Below the pieces are notes generated by a model. The model did no database searches. It saw nothing but the letters and a program-made list of their open reading frames with translations, and was not told the DNA's origin. Shown here in pieces: positions 50,411 through 63,476 of a stretch of DNA of 64,000 bases. The position numbers and the translations under genes are program-made. This stretch comes from Amoeboaphelidium protococcarum X5 (taxonomy: Eukaryota > Fungi > Aphelidiomycota): contig JALDTO010000009.1 in NCBI GenBank assembly GCA_023515725.1, positions 20,942-84,941 on the forward strand, read 5' to 3'. How positions within the stretch are numbered: the first letter of the stretch is position 1; each line of letters begins with the position of its first letter.

Positions 50411-53400
50411 ATGGGAAACGCGAATAGAACGTACTCTCTACCGGTTTAGAAAGAAGATCTTGCCGGTCTGAGGTAGGAGCGTGTTGTTGGCAACAGCAGA
50501 TTCATGAAGGGCATCAAATGCACTGATGGTCAGTTTAATTTGGTCATGGTCAAGATTTTACAGAAGGATTTGCAATCAGGTAGTGCAGATGTGAACCCAA
50601 CAGAGTAATACCAAGAGTTTATAGACTAATTGAATGATCTCAAGCATAAACTCAGACATGTCCAAGGTGTCCTCATGCATGATTCAGTGATTTAGAATGA
50701 TCGTTTTGTTATTGGTATCCGACCGTTCTTGTACATGAATCTGTATGATAGAATGTCTACTAGACCGTTTCTGTGTGCTGTGGAGAAGCAGTTTATTGTA
50801 TTTCAGTTGATGAAGTTGCTGTGTTAGTTGGAGTTGGTTGGTGTGGTGCATGGTGATTTGAAGACGCAGAATATTTTGATCACGTCTTGGAATTAGATTT
50901 ACATTACTGATTTCAGTTCCTTGTATAAGCCTCATACATTGCCTATAGATAATTCTGCAGATTACTCGTATTACTTTGATTCAAGTGGCTAGCGTGTCTG
51001 CTACATTGCTCCTGAAAGGTTCATAGCTGCTTCATCATCACAGTAATCTGCGGCGGATAATAATTTTTAGTTGACTCCTTTATGCGATGTGTTCAGTATG
51101 GGCTGCATTTTTGCTGAGCTCTTTATGGATGGTAGTCCCATGTTTACTTTATCCACTTTACTGTAGTACATTGAAAACAGGCAACTTCCTCATTAATCAT
51201 CTTCAGTATGGTCTTCAGAGTATTCAGATTTGATTTAGGATATGCTGAAGTTTGGCCGAGATAGTGCTAGTACTTTACTTGAGAAGCATTAGGATATATT
51301 TCCTCATTACTTTGATGACTATTTATATTCCTTTTATCAGTAGCTGGAATCAGGTAATGATCAATCTCTGAATGATTGTGAATATCGCATAAGCAAGATG
51401 TTTATGGACTTTCACCAAGTGTGTGAAAAGCTGTCTCTTATAATTGATCTCTCAAAAGAGAAGTCGTCAGACAGTGAGTATTATGTTAATATTCCTGGTG
51501 TTCCTATAAGAATTTGTAAATGGAAATCATAAAAGGCTGCTGTTCTCGTTGCTAATATTGTGACGTCTCAGATAAGGAGTGTTGTTTCTATTGCGACCAA
51601 GTTGCAGGCTATGGATATGCTTTTGTATGTTAGCTGCTTCCTGGATGAAGCCTGTATTATGTAAAGGATTGTTCCATATTTTGTGCTTCTTCTTTAGGAT
51701 GGGGAAGTTCGTGTTAGATGCAGATCCATTAAGATTCTGATTGATGTGTTGAGTATGGTAGACTTACTTCCGGTGTAAGACTGTCTTTTCCTCAATGAAT
51801 ACTTGGTGGATAATTTCAAACCTTTACTTAGAGACACATCCCATTAGGCGCGTGCTCAATTTGCAGCTTCATTGTCCTAATTTGCGTCTATTGGCCATAA
51901 ATGGCTCTCTAAACTCAATCTGAGCTCAATGATTTAAGACTAAAGTGCCGGTGTTAGTGAAGAGTAGTTTTCTTATGATTAATAAGTTTCGGAATTTAAT
52001 AATGTTCTTCAGCAATGGACTGTACATCTACTTTTGGACAGCAGTTCCACTGTGAAATTGCATCTGCTTTAAAGTATTGGATAGCTTTCAGTAATCCTTG
52101 GTGGAAAGGTGTGTGCTGACGTCATTCTGTCGCATCTGATTACTTATCTCAATGACAAAGACTAGAAGATTAGAGCCGCCTTCTTTCAGGCATTACATCA
52201 ACTTGGCCTTCTCATAGGTATATCTGCAGTGGATGAGTATGTAAAGCCATTGATATAATAAGCTTTGTATGACCAAGATGACGGCGTAGTTGCCGCTGTT
52301 TTGTCATGTGCCACCTAGTTAGTGGAATCCAAATGCTTTAGTAACATCGCTGTCAACAATCTGTCTAAAAGTGTTGTGCCATTGCTATTACATCCGAATG
52401 TTGTTATTAGACGGAATTGCGTGCGCCTATTTCACGGAATGTCAACTTCTCTAAGTAGGCTTGATTTCAAAGTATTTGTCATGCCTCAACTCGAACCGTA
52501 TTTGTAAATTTAGCTTGGTGATTTATTTTAACTTGGACCAGAATATCTTGTGGAGCCGCTTAGTCGGTAGCTGTTTGCCGTAACCAATAAAACTATGGCT
52601 GAAGTGAGAAAACAGAAAGTTGTGGAGTCACAAGGCCGTCCTTTTTATCGAATGAAGAGTATAGCGAATAAAAGCGAGCAGACTGTGGACATGGAGATGC
52701 TTGCTAAGGTATTTAGTGCTCATTCTTTGAGTGAAGAAGATTTGCGTAGAATATCTCTGATTGCGCCGTATGTGATGAAGTTGAACTTATCTAGTTCTCT
52801 CGCACCATAGTCATAATCTGATATCAAATTGCTCAAGGCTTACCAGACTAATGCGCGGCCTAGGACCGTATTTCTTTCTCCCTCAGTCACGGGGACTTTG
52901 AGCAAACATAGTTCATTGCGAATTAGGCACAGGTCGGTGCCATCCATAAAGTTCCGTCATGATATTGTTGCTTCTTTGGATCAAAGAGATACTCAAAGTG
53001 AGCCGGATAATGAAGTGAGGAATGAAGTTGTGGAAGGTTAGATGTTACAGGTTCCGAACGAGTCGCTATTGACAGTCAATCGGCATGGGAGAGTTAATAG
53101 TACGAGCACAGTAAGTCATACTTACAGTGTTGCGTCTACTGCATCTGCTGTGATGCCTGTGGGAAAAGTCTCTGATGAGCAGCGATTCAAAGCTGAACCG
53201 GTGGCTGAAATAAACGCTGGTTTCGTTGAGGGGGCTCTGCAGTAGCATGATTAACGAAAGTAGTCCAGTATTGAGAATCTGGATAAAGTGTCTTCCATGT
53301 CGGATCAGCATTAACTCTAATAATTGGGTCTCAATCGGCCGGCATCATCAACTGGGGTCCGTATGAGCAATAGTGTTAGGATAGCGGGAAGGGACAACAA

Positions 53401-54901
53401 TGGCGCTAGTGAGTTTCCAATGATTCGACCTCTATTGAACGAGAAATCCTAAAATGCATTCCCTTAGAATAAGTTTGAGTTTGGAAAACGGCTAGTGGGA
53501 GGCTCGCCTCTTGCGACTGGTGCTGCTTCCAGCAAGCAGAATTCTATTTCTTAGTGGAAACCGGCTGGAGTCTTGCTCGCAACTTTCACAGAACATTCTG
53601 ACCGTGCGAATTAACTTTCGCTATCACCAGACAGTAGATACTTCATATCTAGCTCATCAGATGGCTCACTGAAGTTATTTGATTGCGGTTAGTTAGAGAG
53701 TGATGTGATGTTCCATTCCTAGCTGTCTTACACTTAGCGCGGAGCTTAATGGTAGAAGGTTCATTTCTGTAATGGGACCCAGACAGTGTTTGCTTGTCAT
53801 AACTCTGGTGCAGAAGTCTTAAATGTGGAGTATAATTTCTCTGCAGTGTCTGGTGACAGCTAAGGCGATAATGACTAAAAACGAATTACTGCTCTTCAAA
53901 CATGTTCCATTCCATCTCAAAGTATATACTCTAGTTGTGTCGTTGATGATCAGAAGGGAATTTTTGCCATCGCTAGTGACTGTAACACGGTTAACGGATG
54001 GGACATTCGATGTGATCGTTCTATATGGACTTTTAAGAATCCTTCCTATTTAGGATATATTTCTAGCATGTGTGCAGACTCTCTATTTTCATCATGGCTC
54101 ACTCTAGGAACTGATCGAGGTGTGATTTCGTGTTGGGATATCAGATTTATGGCCAACTGCCAAACTTGGCTGCATCCATCATAGCAGAAAATAGAGAAGA
54201 TGGTCTCTTACAAATCATACAGTGCGTAGAGATGCAAGCGAATATTCTGCTCTGCCGGAGAAAATGAATTGGCTCTGTGGGATTTGGAGCGTGGAGAGTA
54301 TCGTGAAGTATTTTGTGCTCGCCCTATCAGTGAAAAAATTCCTAGATATGTTCAGTCTATTAAAGCACTCCCTCCACCTGGTTCTCGTCTCAATGAATCC
54401 GCGCTAAAGTTCTAGTAAAGTCCGAAATCAGTGTTTACAACCTTCTGGTACAGGAGTGATACGAATTTCCTGTTGACTGCTGGCACTGATCGTCATATAA
54501 GATACTGGAACTTGGCTAGTATTGAGAAATCTTTTGCCATAACTAAAGGAGTTGATGATTTAAATCGTTAGTCCTCGTCGAGTAAGTTCGAAAACATGAT
54601 CTTTCATTACGAGCGGTCATTAAAGTCAGCCTTGAAGCCATCTAATCATGGTGTTAATACGGCAAAAAGCAGTTCTATTTCAGGCGGTGGAACTTAGTCT
54701 GCTACTCTTCTGGCTCACGCTCTAAACGCCTCTCCAAAGAGTGTTAGTGGTGGTAAAGTGCATCCAGAGCAGATCAGTTCCTATCACGAGAAAGACCATA
54801 TGTATCACACATCCGGCATCACTGATCTCATTGTGACAGAGTACCCGTCTCCTGTACTCATAACATCGTCTTCTGATGGTGCAGTTAAAGCGTGGAAATG
54901 A
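50411..54901 (+). CDS. VPS15: Vps15 (PI3K regulatory subunit: kinase-like, HEAT, WD40)
   Basis: 1496 aa: MGN start, LYDRMSTRPFL..VEK, HGDLKTQNILITSWN, DFSSLYKP..LP.DNSADYSYYFD, CYIAPERF, LSHLITYLNDKD, WKPAGVLLATFTEH, DGAVKAWK. Confidence 0.95.
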
Positions 54902-54946
54902 AAATTCATATGATAATAATCAAGAGCTTCTATAGAAAGTATTATT

Positions 54947-56197
54947 TCATTAAGTTCTCTTCTTCTTAACCTTTTCATTAACCACCTCTAACTATTTCCA
55001 GACATCATCATTGTCAGAGCCTAGATCAGAGTATTGATATTCGCTGCCATCTATATCTCTGTCAACACAATCTTTAGACTTTTGTTCATTCTAAGTACTA
55101 GTCAAATCAATAATCGTAATAACTTGATTCATTCGCTGCTTCATGTACACCTTGTGCAGCAGTGTTCTACTCTTTAAATCATAAACGCGTAGAAATCTAT
55201 CAAGACCAACAGTGGCAACTTTAAGCTTTTGATTATCAGAAGAATCGGTAAAAGTCTGAGCATCATAAATTGCACCTGCAGATCCTTTCAATTTACCAAT
55301 AACGCGTCGCTCCCCAAGATCATAATGGTACACATCTCCAACATTATCACACACCAAGATCTCGCGTCGCTCGTTATGAGGATGACTATTATTATTACCT
55401 CCTACTATGGAGAGCTTTTTAAGTGCAATATCCTTGCCACCAATAGCTTCGGTCAACACTGGACATCTATCCTGTCGCATGTCATACAACTTCACCGTTC
55501 CTTACAGTGTGCAAGTGACAATCTCTTAGTCAGAATTTGGCATAAACTTCACCGCTGCATGATGAAGAGGAACGCGCATATCAAGCCAGTCATGAGCAAC
55601 ATTCTTGCCTTTAAAGCAAGTGTCCTGCGCCTCAATATCAAATACAGTTACATCGCGCTCTTTGCCACCATAAACAACCAAATTTGGAGAAGATTGTGAG
55701 CTGCATACATCAAGAGCGCAAAGATCTTGTCCCAAATTCTTGCTAAATAATGCTGAGCTCTATAGGTGTTCGTCCACTGAGGAGACACTAAATTCACCGC
55801 TCTACCGCAATACGAAAAGTCTCTATTGATCATCATGATGATAGAGACCGATCACCTTAGATTAGCACTAGTTTTTGTTCACCTGAACTGGTTAGATCAC
55901 TTTAGAGTCAATATCAAACACGTCGATGCCTCCAGACTTACGCCCCAAAAATATCTAATTCTACATAATAATTCAACTAATAATAATCATGTATAATCTT
56001 GCTGATAAAAGATATACCTTCAGGGTATCAAAAGATCTGTGCATAGAAGTGATCTCCATATCACGATCCACTTTACCATAAGATGCCGCCTGCTTCTACG
56101 CGACGAGTCCAGTCTTTGTATCCACTTTGGATTTATTTGGCTCAGTGATCGTGAGCTCCTTTAATAAACCCACTTGATCTGAAATAATAAAATGCAT
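54947..56197 (-). CDS. NSA1: Ribosome biogenesis WD40 protein Nsa1/WDR74 (intron 55961-56017)
   Basis: YGGKERDV, FKGKNVAHDWLDMRVP, KLYDMRQDRCPV, GSAGAI, TVGLDRFLRVYD, KVYMKQRM, DVWK tail. Confidence 0.9.
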
Positions 56198-56307
56198 TTT
56201 AAAAACTGCAATTTAATCTAAATCTAATCTGATAACTGTTTTCAAGCAAAGTAGTGAAAATGAAAAATGTTAAAATCGAATCAATTCTCTTTACAACACA
56301 AAGATAG

Positions 56308-58215
56308 TCACCGCCGCTTGAAATCTTCAATGGCCTTTATAAACTAAGCGAACGCGGTGTCCCCTTGACTTTTCTACCAGCACTGCTCAACGTATGACTA
56401 GCCGGCTAGTTGTAAAAGTTTCAAGTCGAATCCACATTGTAAATACAATCTAACTCCCGCAATATTTCGCGCCTCGATCAACTCCATGAGATGAAACTTT
56501 GACTGGGCGCTAATGTGCGTTGGTTCAAACGTTGCACCACAGCTGACTAGTAATGTCGCAACTTTATCATGGCCATTCAGACAGGCCAATGCTAGTGGAG
56601 TATTACTATTACCATCCCTTAGATGGATACTCGCACCAATTTCCAACAGTCTCTGCACTATATCGTAATGTCCGGCTGTCGACGCTATATGAAGAGCGGT
56701 GCGCCCATCAAAGTCAACAACGTTATACAGGATAGATTGATCACATATTTCTGATATCAATTTCTCAAAGGAATTTATATCACCACTCCCTGCTGCGGCA
56801 CAGATCAAATGTGGCATCAATGCACGCTCTATCAGCTTTCGCTCTTGCATAGTTTCCAATTTCATAGACTGCATGACGGAGCTTATGAACTGGCTCTACT
56901 TACCAGCCACGACAGTCTTTCCATTCTAAATATTATTATGAATCGAAGTCAACTCACCCCTTAGATTCATGGTGAGCAGTGTCCGTATCTCATTAGGGGA
57001 TCTGCCTTTACCAATAAGGTAAGAGAGTTTGGCGAGAGCACATTCCACCGTCATATCACATCCTGGAACTACACCAATGTCTGTCAATGCCCGACCGGTG
57101 GCATATAAATCACTCACAATACCGCGTTTACACTAAGTGACATTAACAATGACAACACCGCGCCGGCATGCTTCCTTCAATGCTTCCAGGATGTCTAATC
57201 TACAGCTGGGGATATTACCAGCACCATACGTTTCTAACACGACTCCGTTGATTCCATCAGCCAGAAATGCTTTCAAAATACTCAGCTGAATACTTGGGAA
57301 TATACGCAAAGACGCAACATTACTGTCCATCTACTTGAACACCTAAAACTTGGCAATAGAATGAGGCCGTCTAATATCTGACCAGTTAATGTCAATGTTG
57401 ATGCCCACTTTAGCAAGTTCTTTCATATTGAAACTGTCAAAAGCTGAAAATCCCAACGCGTCATATTTGGCACACCTGTTGCCACGATAGAGCTTGTTAG
57501 CAAAGAATACGCACACTTCTGGTATGACAAAGTGGCCGGCAAGAATCAGAGAGCCTAGAAGATTCTCTTCAGCATCCGTTCTTAATTCGGCCAGTGGCAC
57601 CTGAGATCCAGTGATAATCACCGACTTACCAAGATCTTCGAGCATAAAAGACAAGGCCGAAGCAGTGTATGCCAACGTGTCAGTACCGTGAATGATGACG
57701 AATGCATCAAATTTGGAGTAGTTCAACTCGAGGACTCTACCAATCTGCACCCAGTCGGTCACTGCCATATTCGCAGAGTCAAGCAGAGGCTTGAAAGGTG
57801 CAATAACATAGCGAACCCTCTTCTTATAAACACTCAGCGGAGTGACCAAAGCGGAATGTGAAACCGTTTCATGTTCAGACATTAGCACAGTTTCCTCCGC
57901 AGGATCATTGGACGCTTGCATATGCAATGGATCATGAAACCTGGCAGTTTTGGATAGCACTTCAGTAAGATAATTGTCTACAGGGATGAAGCCTTAATCG
58001 GACACTTCCTTCATGCCAATAGTTCCTCCAGTGTATAGCATCAGGACTCTCGCATACTGCCCGGTATTAGACACTGCTTGCGACTCGGCAGCTCGTCTCT
58101 GGAAGTTCACCACAGGATTTAAAAACAGAGGGGAGCTGAGATTATTCAGTTATTACTGTTACTGCAACAGTCCATCTAAATCCCCATCATAACTTGATCT
58201 CGATCTGCCATCCAT
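56308..58215 (-). CDS. ASPG: Type I L-asparaginase with C-terminal ankyrin repeats (60-kDa lysophospholipase type)
   Basis: LYTGGTIGM, LLDSANM, IHGTDTLAYTASALSF, ITGSQVP, LETYGAGN, DMTVECALAKL, DFDGRTALHIA. Confidence 0.93.
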
Positions 58216-58398
58216 TTTCTATTAAGCACGGTAAGATGTACTGTACGCAAATTGCCAATTAAAAAATTTCAACGTCAATTATTTTTTCCTGCTTTGCTCT
58301 CATTAGCTCTCTCCGTTCGAAACTTTTTCTGTCGTAATTGCTTTAGCATATCATTTTTATATCTCTCAGAATATACCCATATCGAAAAAATTAATAAA

Positions 58399-59163
58399 AT
58401 GACGCGATTAAATTCCTGTAATAGACTGTACTAGTCGTTGTAATGTTCTTTTCCAAGGAGGCAAATTCAATAGAGGATTTGCGATATTCGGTTAAGAAGT
58501 GGTAGTAGATTTTATGCTTCGCAGCGACAGTTTCTAAACAGTCGTAATCGATAGTAGATTGACACTGCTTCTATAGTGTTATACGCTTCCTCGGTTCTTG
58601 TTGGTGTTGTTGGACTGACATATGCAGCTGTACCGTTGTATAGATTATTTTGCGCCAAGACTGGGCTCGGGGGAACTCCGATGACTGCCAATTAGTAGCA
58701 GATGGCGGAAGCTGCGAGTAAAATGGTTCCAGTTAAAGATGCGCGTAAGATTAGAGTATCTTTCAATGCGGACACCAGTTAGACTATGTAATGGAAGTTT
58801 TAGCCTCTTCAGAAGGAAGTATTCGTGTATCCTGGTGAGACATCGCTTGTGTTTTATCATGCTGTCAACCCTACCGATACTGACATTGTGGGAATATCCA
58901 CGTATAATGTTCTCCCCCTCAGAGCTGGCGCCTACTTTAACAAAATACAATGCTTCTGTTTTGAAGAGTAAAGGTTGAAAGCGGGAGAGAGTGTTGATAT
59001 GCCAGTGTTCTTCTTCTTGGATCCCGCAATAGATGAGGATCCTCAGATGGCTGATGTCACTGATATCACGTTGAGTTACACATTCTTTAATGCTTAACAT
59101 GCGAATGGATCGTACCTATCGTCTCCAGCAGTGTAAAAAGATGGTCAAGTGCAATCTGTATGA
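58399..59163 (+). CDS. COX11: Cytochrome c oxidase copper chaperone
   Basis: YAAVPLYRLFCAKTG, FNAD, PYFNKIQCFCFEEQRL, DMPVFFFLDP, ITLSYTFF. Confidence 0.95.
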
Positions 59164-59646
59164 ATAAATTAGTATTTCTTGATCACAATTATTACTTAAA
59201 TATTTTAATTAAATGACGCGTCATTCAAGTGCTTTCTTCTTGCTATCTCTCTCCTCTTTCATTCTACATTGTTATAATATTGCGGGGTGACAATCAATGA
59301 GCTTTGTGGGCGAAACAGATGACAATCTTGCTTACCTTTTAGCTAAATTCTCCATATACTCTTAGCATGGGTACCAAATATAGAAGGAAGATGCTAGGCC
59401 CAATACTACGGCGAAACCAATCTGACTGAATCGCGACATAATAATTGTTAGCTATAAAGCATAGTCAGAACAAAGCGCCGTTCCAACTTCCGACCGTGGC
59501 TCAGTTTTCAAAAACTCGGCTTTGATTATTTACGCCGCGTGGTTGTACTTGCGGGCTATTTTTAACCAACTTGATCAACTCAATACATATTTATCCGTCT
59601 TTCTCATCATAACATTAGATGATATATATTTATCCAGTGAAAATAA

Positions 59647-60960
59647 ATGTCCCAATTATTTCTTACTAAGCATGGGCGAATGGTTTACAATGTGTATCCC
59701 ATCAAGCTAGTAAATGAACCTCGCGTCAACAAACTGAGCACATTGCTGTTTTATCTCACTTATAATCCAAACAAGATTCAACTTGTGGCCAAACACCTCA
59801 ACTCCAAGGTGGAGATTGATGTGAGGATGAAGAGTCATTAGGCAAACATTGTTTCAGTAAAGATTTTACACGCAATGTTGGATGAGTTAATCTCTAATGT
59901 GAATGATCAGGATGTTCATCGCTAGCTGATTGTCATTGCATTAAAGTGTTGCTGGTCACTACTTAAGGAAGAGGAGAAGTTTATTGTCAGCGGCGCAGTT
60001 AGAGTACTTGTAAAAATTGGTTCACTTATCAAGACCTACTACCAATACGATTATGTCATTAGTGATTGGTTTCAGAAATGTGTTTCAAGTTGTTGCAACA
60101 TCGCTGACAAGCTCTGTGCTGGCTCAGCTACTCAAGAGACTGTTAGCACTCCCGTTGATAAGGACACTTATCTCTTGGTATCGTCTCTGTATCTCCTCTT
60201 CCCTATTGCAATAACGTACATTGTGGATGATGTAGTGCAATCTAGTTGTATGATGCTCATTTAAACATTTTGTAATACTCCCAAGACTATCATTGAAGCT
60301 GCTGATTCAGATGCCAAGTTGGGCAGGCCAATCAAGCAGACGCGCAAGGATGGTGATACAGTGAAATCGATTGCGTCCATAGGATTAACATATTCCAATT
60401 CACTATCGGCTGATCATGAACCGCTTGCAGATTTAGCAAAGAACTGTTTTAAGAGCGTGGTGATGAATGCTAATAGTTTGCACTCTGTTTAAATCTCCGA
60501 ATATATCTTGTAGCAAGTACTTAATTCTTGTGTCAGTAAGGAAGAAGGAAAGTTAACAATTTTGGATTTTTTAATTGCCAAAGACATTGCCCATAGTGTT
60601 AATGGACGGTTGTTGACCATAGAGATTGTAAATACTGCCCTGGCGATGGTGAGTTAAAACATAACTGATAAGCGATCCACTGTTGCCAAATATATACGCG
60701 CTTTGCTAAACTGGCTAGCTCAAGATTTGCAGATTAACATTGTCGCTCTAGTAAGACCGATAATTCAGTCATCACTGGTAGATAACGCTACAGCATCGGC
60801 AGACTGGACAACTGAAGTCCTTGAATTTCTAAAGATTTGTAAAACATTTGCGGTTTACTCGCAGTAAGAGACTGAAGTCAAATATCTAGTGGAAAACATG
60901 AAGAAGTAGAATCCATTGAAAGCCGAATTGATTAATGAGCTGTAAAATCGCGCGCTATGA
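59647..60960 (+). CDS. EFR3: EFR3-like armadillo protein (short, ~437 aa)
   Basis: KHGRMVYNVYP...PRVNKLSTLLFYLTYNPNKIQLVAKHL resembles the EFR3 N-terminus. Confidence 0.65.
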
Positions 60961-61363
60961 ATTGAGTGAAAACATAGAATAGATTGTAATGACTTTTGAA
61001 TCTAAATACATCTCGATGATAATAATCAGCCAACCTCGCATAATCTTGTGCATGTGTGTCATGTGTGGCGTTAAACTTAAAACGTAAAAGGCCTCGAACG
61101 ATCGATCGATTCCAAAATCGGAATGTTTCTCGAGTGAATTCAAAAGCGTGAACAGTTGCGGCAAAGTTGTCGTCTCGCCCGTTCTCTTCTTTTCTCCCCG
61201 ATTCGCACTGCGGCCAGTCGAGGTTCTTATTCTCTCCAAGCAGCATAGTTGTTGTTGTTATACCAGATCTCACTTAAAGCTTTATTCACCGTAATAACTT
61301 TTTCGTTATTTTCTGACTTGGCTGACCTGTGAGAACTGGTGCTGGAAAGGCGAATTGTTAAGA

Positions 61364-63376
61364 ATGGACAGAGAAACTGCTTTGAGATTCTTACATCATC
61401 AGTCTCATGTCGTCGGCGATGGATTTTCGAATGAAGGCGATCGCTTGGTACAAGAATTTATACTGCTCAATGAGAATGCGTAGAATTTGTTTAATCGATT
61501 GAAATCACTACCTCTACATGGACCGTCTTCATAGTGGCATTAGAGTTTCCAAGAGACCTTTCAAGTGTTTAGTAATCTATGGAAGTTCTAACAAGATCAT
61601 CGACAGTTGCTGACCAAGGAAGGTGGGTATAATCTGCGTCGCTGGGAGATTGGAGACATTGCTAGTAAAATTGGCCAGCTTTATTACCATTATTACTTGC
61701 GAACATCTGAATACTATTATTTGAAGGAAGCGTATGTTTTTTATGAAGCGATTAGAGACAGATAATACTTTCGTTACTCCAACTCTGCTCAGAGTATTGC
61801 TAGTGTGACCTTGTCTGAAGATTCTCGTGACAACCAAGATTAGCTGTAGCAATAAGGCTCAACTCTGTCTATAATCGTTAAGAAGATGCGGTATTATGCT
61901 CGGTATATAGTCGTTTGCCTCCTGCTTAATACTACAGACTTGCTATAGAAGCTGACCTCAGAGTTTAGGTAGATCATCCAAGATTACTCTCTGCACGATT
62001 AGTCCAAGTCTGATATCGCTGAATGGGAAATGATACTGAAAGAGGTTGAATAGTTCAGTCGGGCATCTACCAAAGTATAACCGAATATTTTAAGACTGAG
62101 TATAATGGATCCTCCTAGAATTCAGTATGATGCCCGCATGAGTTCTGACAGGATAGTCTACGGCCACTCGTTTATCGAAGAGTGTATAATTGTTGGTTAT
62201 AAGGGAAATGACGTTAAATTTTCTGAGCTGAGTATAGATATGCACCGTATCCTGATGTGTATGGAGTGTGCATCGTCCTAGGCGTCAGAAGATCCCGGAT
62301 TGGATAATGATGAATAGTCGCAGATGAGAGATCTGCGTTAGCAATAGCAGTAAGAGTCGATGGCCAACAATTAGATGAATAAATCAGGTAGGAGGCGAAT
62401 GAATCCTAAGAACACTTTGTTGTATAAGCCATCTGCCGCTTTATGGCTTTATTGTGCCAGTTCAAGTTTACGGGATTGTCGTAATGGAGCCATAATGCTG
62501 TACTTTTCATGTGATATGTCTGTGGATTATGGGAATGTTATAGTGTTGAATAACAGCAATGGTGGGGATGACTCGCGAGGAGATCTAATGTTGACGTTCC
62601 AAGATCTTCATCCTTTTAGAAGGCGTCCGCTGCTGTTGGTTGTTGATGGTTGTAATGCTACGGCGTTCTGTCAGTAATTGGAATCTGATTAGAGTAACTA
62701 GTTTAAGTCTCCGCTTGTTATACTGTCTTCATCGCTCAAGACATCTTCTTCCAATGATGGATAATCATTAATGACTTTATTCCTCTCTTGCCCCGTTGCT
62801 GCATTTTGTATTCTGTATAATATCCAGTAGTGCTCATCAAAGTTGTGGGATTTAATGACTACGTAACTTGATCGCTTGTGTAACAACGTGTCTGAACTGT
62901 TAATTGGTCTCAATTATAACGTCAATTACTTTATGAATGATGTCTACGGCTGCCGTGTATTGTCGAGATTCGTCCTCCTCTGTATTATCCTGGAAGATCG
63001 TAACAGAAGAGCATCCTCCGATTAAGTCGAATAGATGCCTACTATATTCCCTCGAATGTAAGATGATATCTATCGGAATGACTATATATTGTCGCGTCTG
63101 TCAACACTGCTGACTACAGTCTAAGAATCGCTGCAGCAGTAGAAAGCTTAAGCACAGCCGCTCAGCTCTGCCGAGTTTGATAGCACGGGGAGTGTAGTTG
63201 GATCGTCGGTGCTTAATTAAAGTGCCAATGGAAACGTACTCCATAATGTGTTTGATTCTACAGAGTATTAAAGCGGAAGTAGTGGTGGCATATATGCGTA
63301 GAAAGTTGTTCATATAGGAGCTCATCGACGAGTGGATAGCGGTAATAGTACGTTCAGTAATAGTAATCAGAACTGA
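61364..63376 (+). CDS. SCAI: SCAI-family protein
   Basis: LWKFQQDHR, LRRWEIGDIASKIGQLYYHYYLRTSE, KKMRYYARYIVVCLLLN, VKFSELSIDMHR, NPKNTLLYKPS, DLHPFRRRPLLLVVD. Confidence 0.92.
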
Positions 63377-63476
63377 TTATTTGGTGATTAATTAAGATTA
63401 TGACATAATATTAACCGAGATTTATTAACTATGAGATCTTTTATTAAATTTTTAGTAAGTTCATCTCAATTAATAA

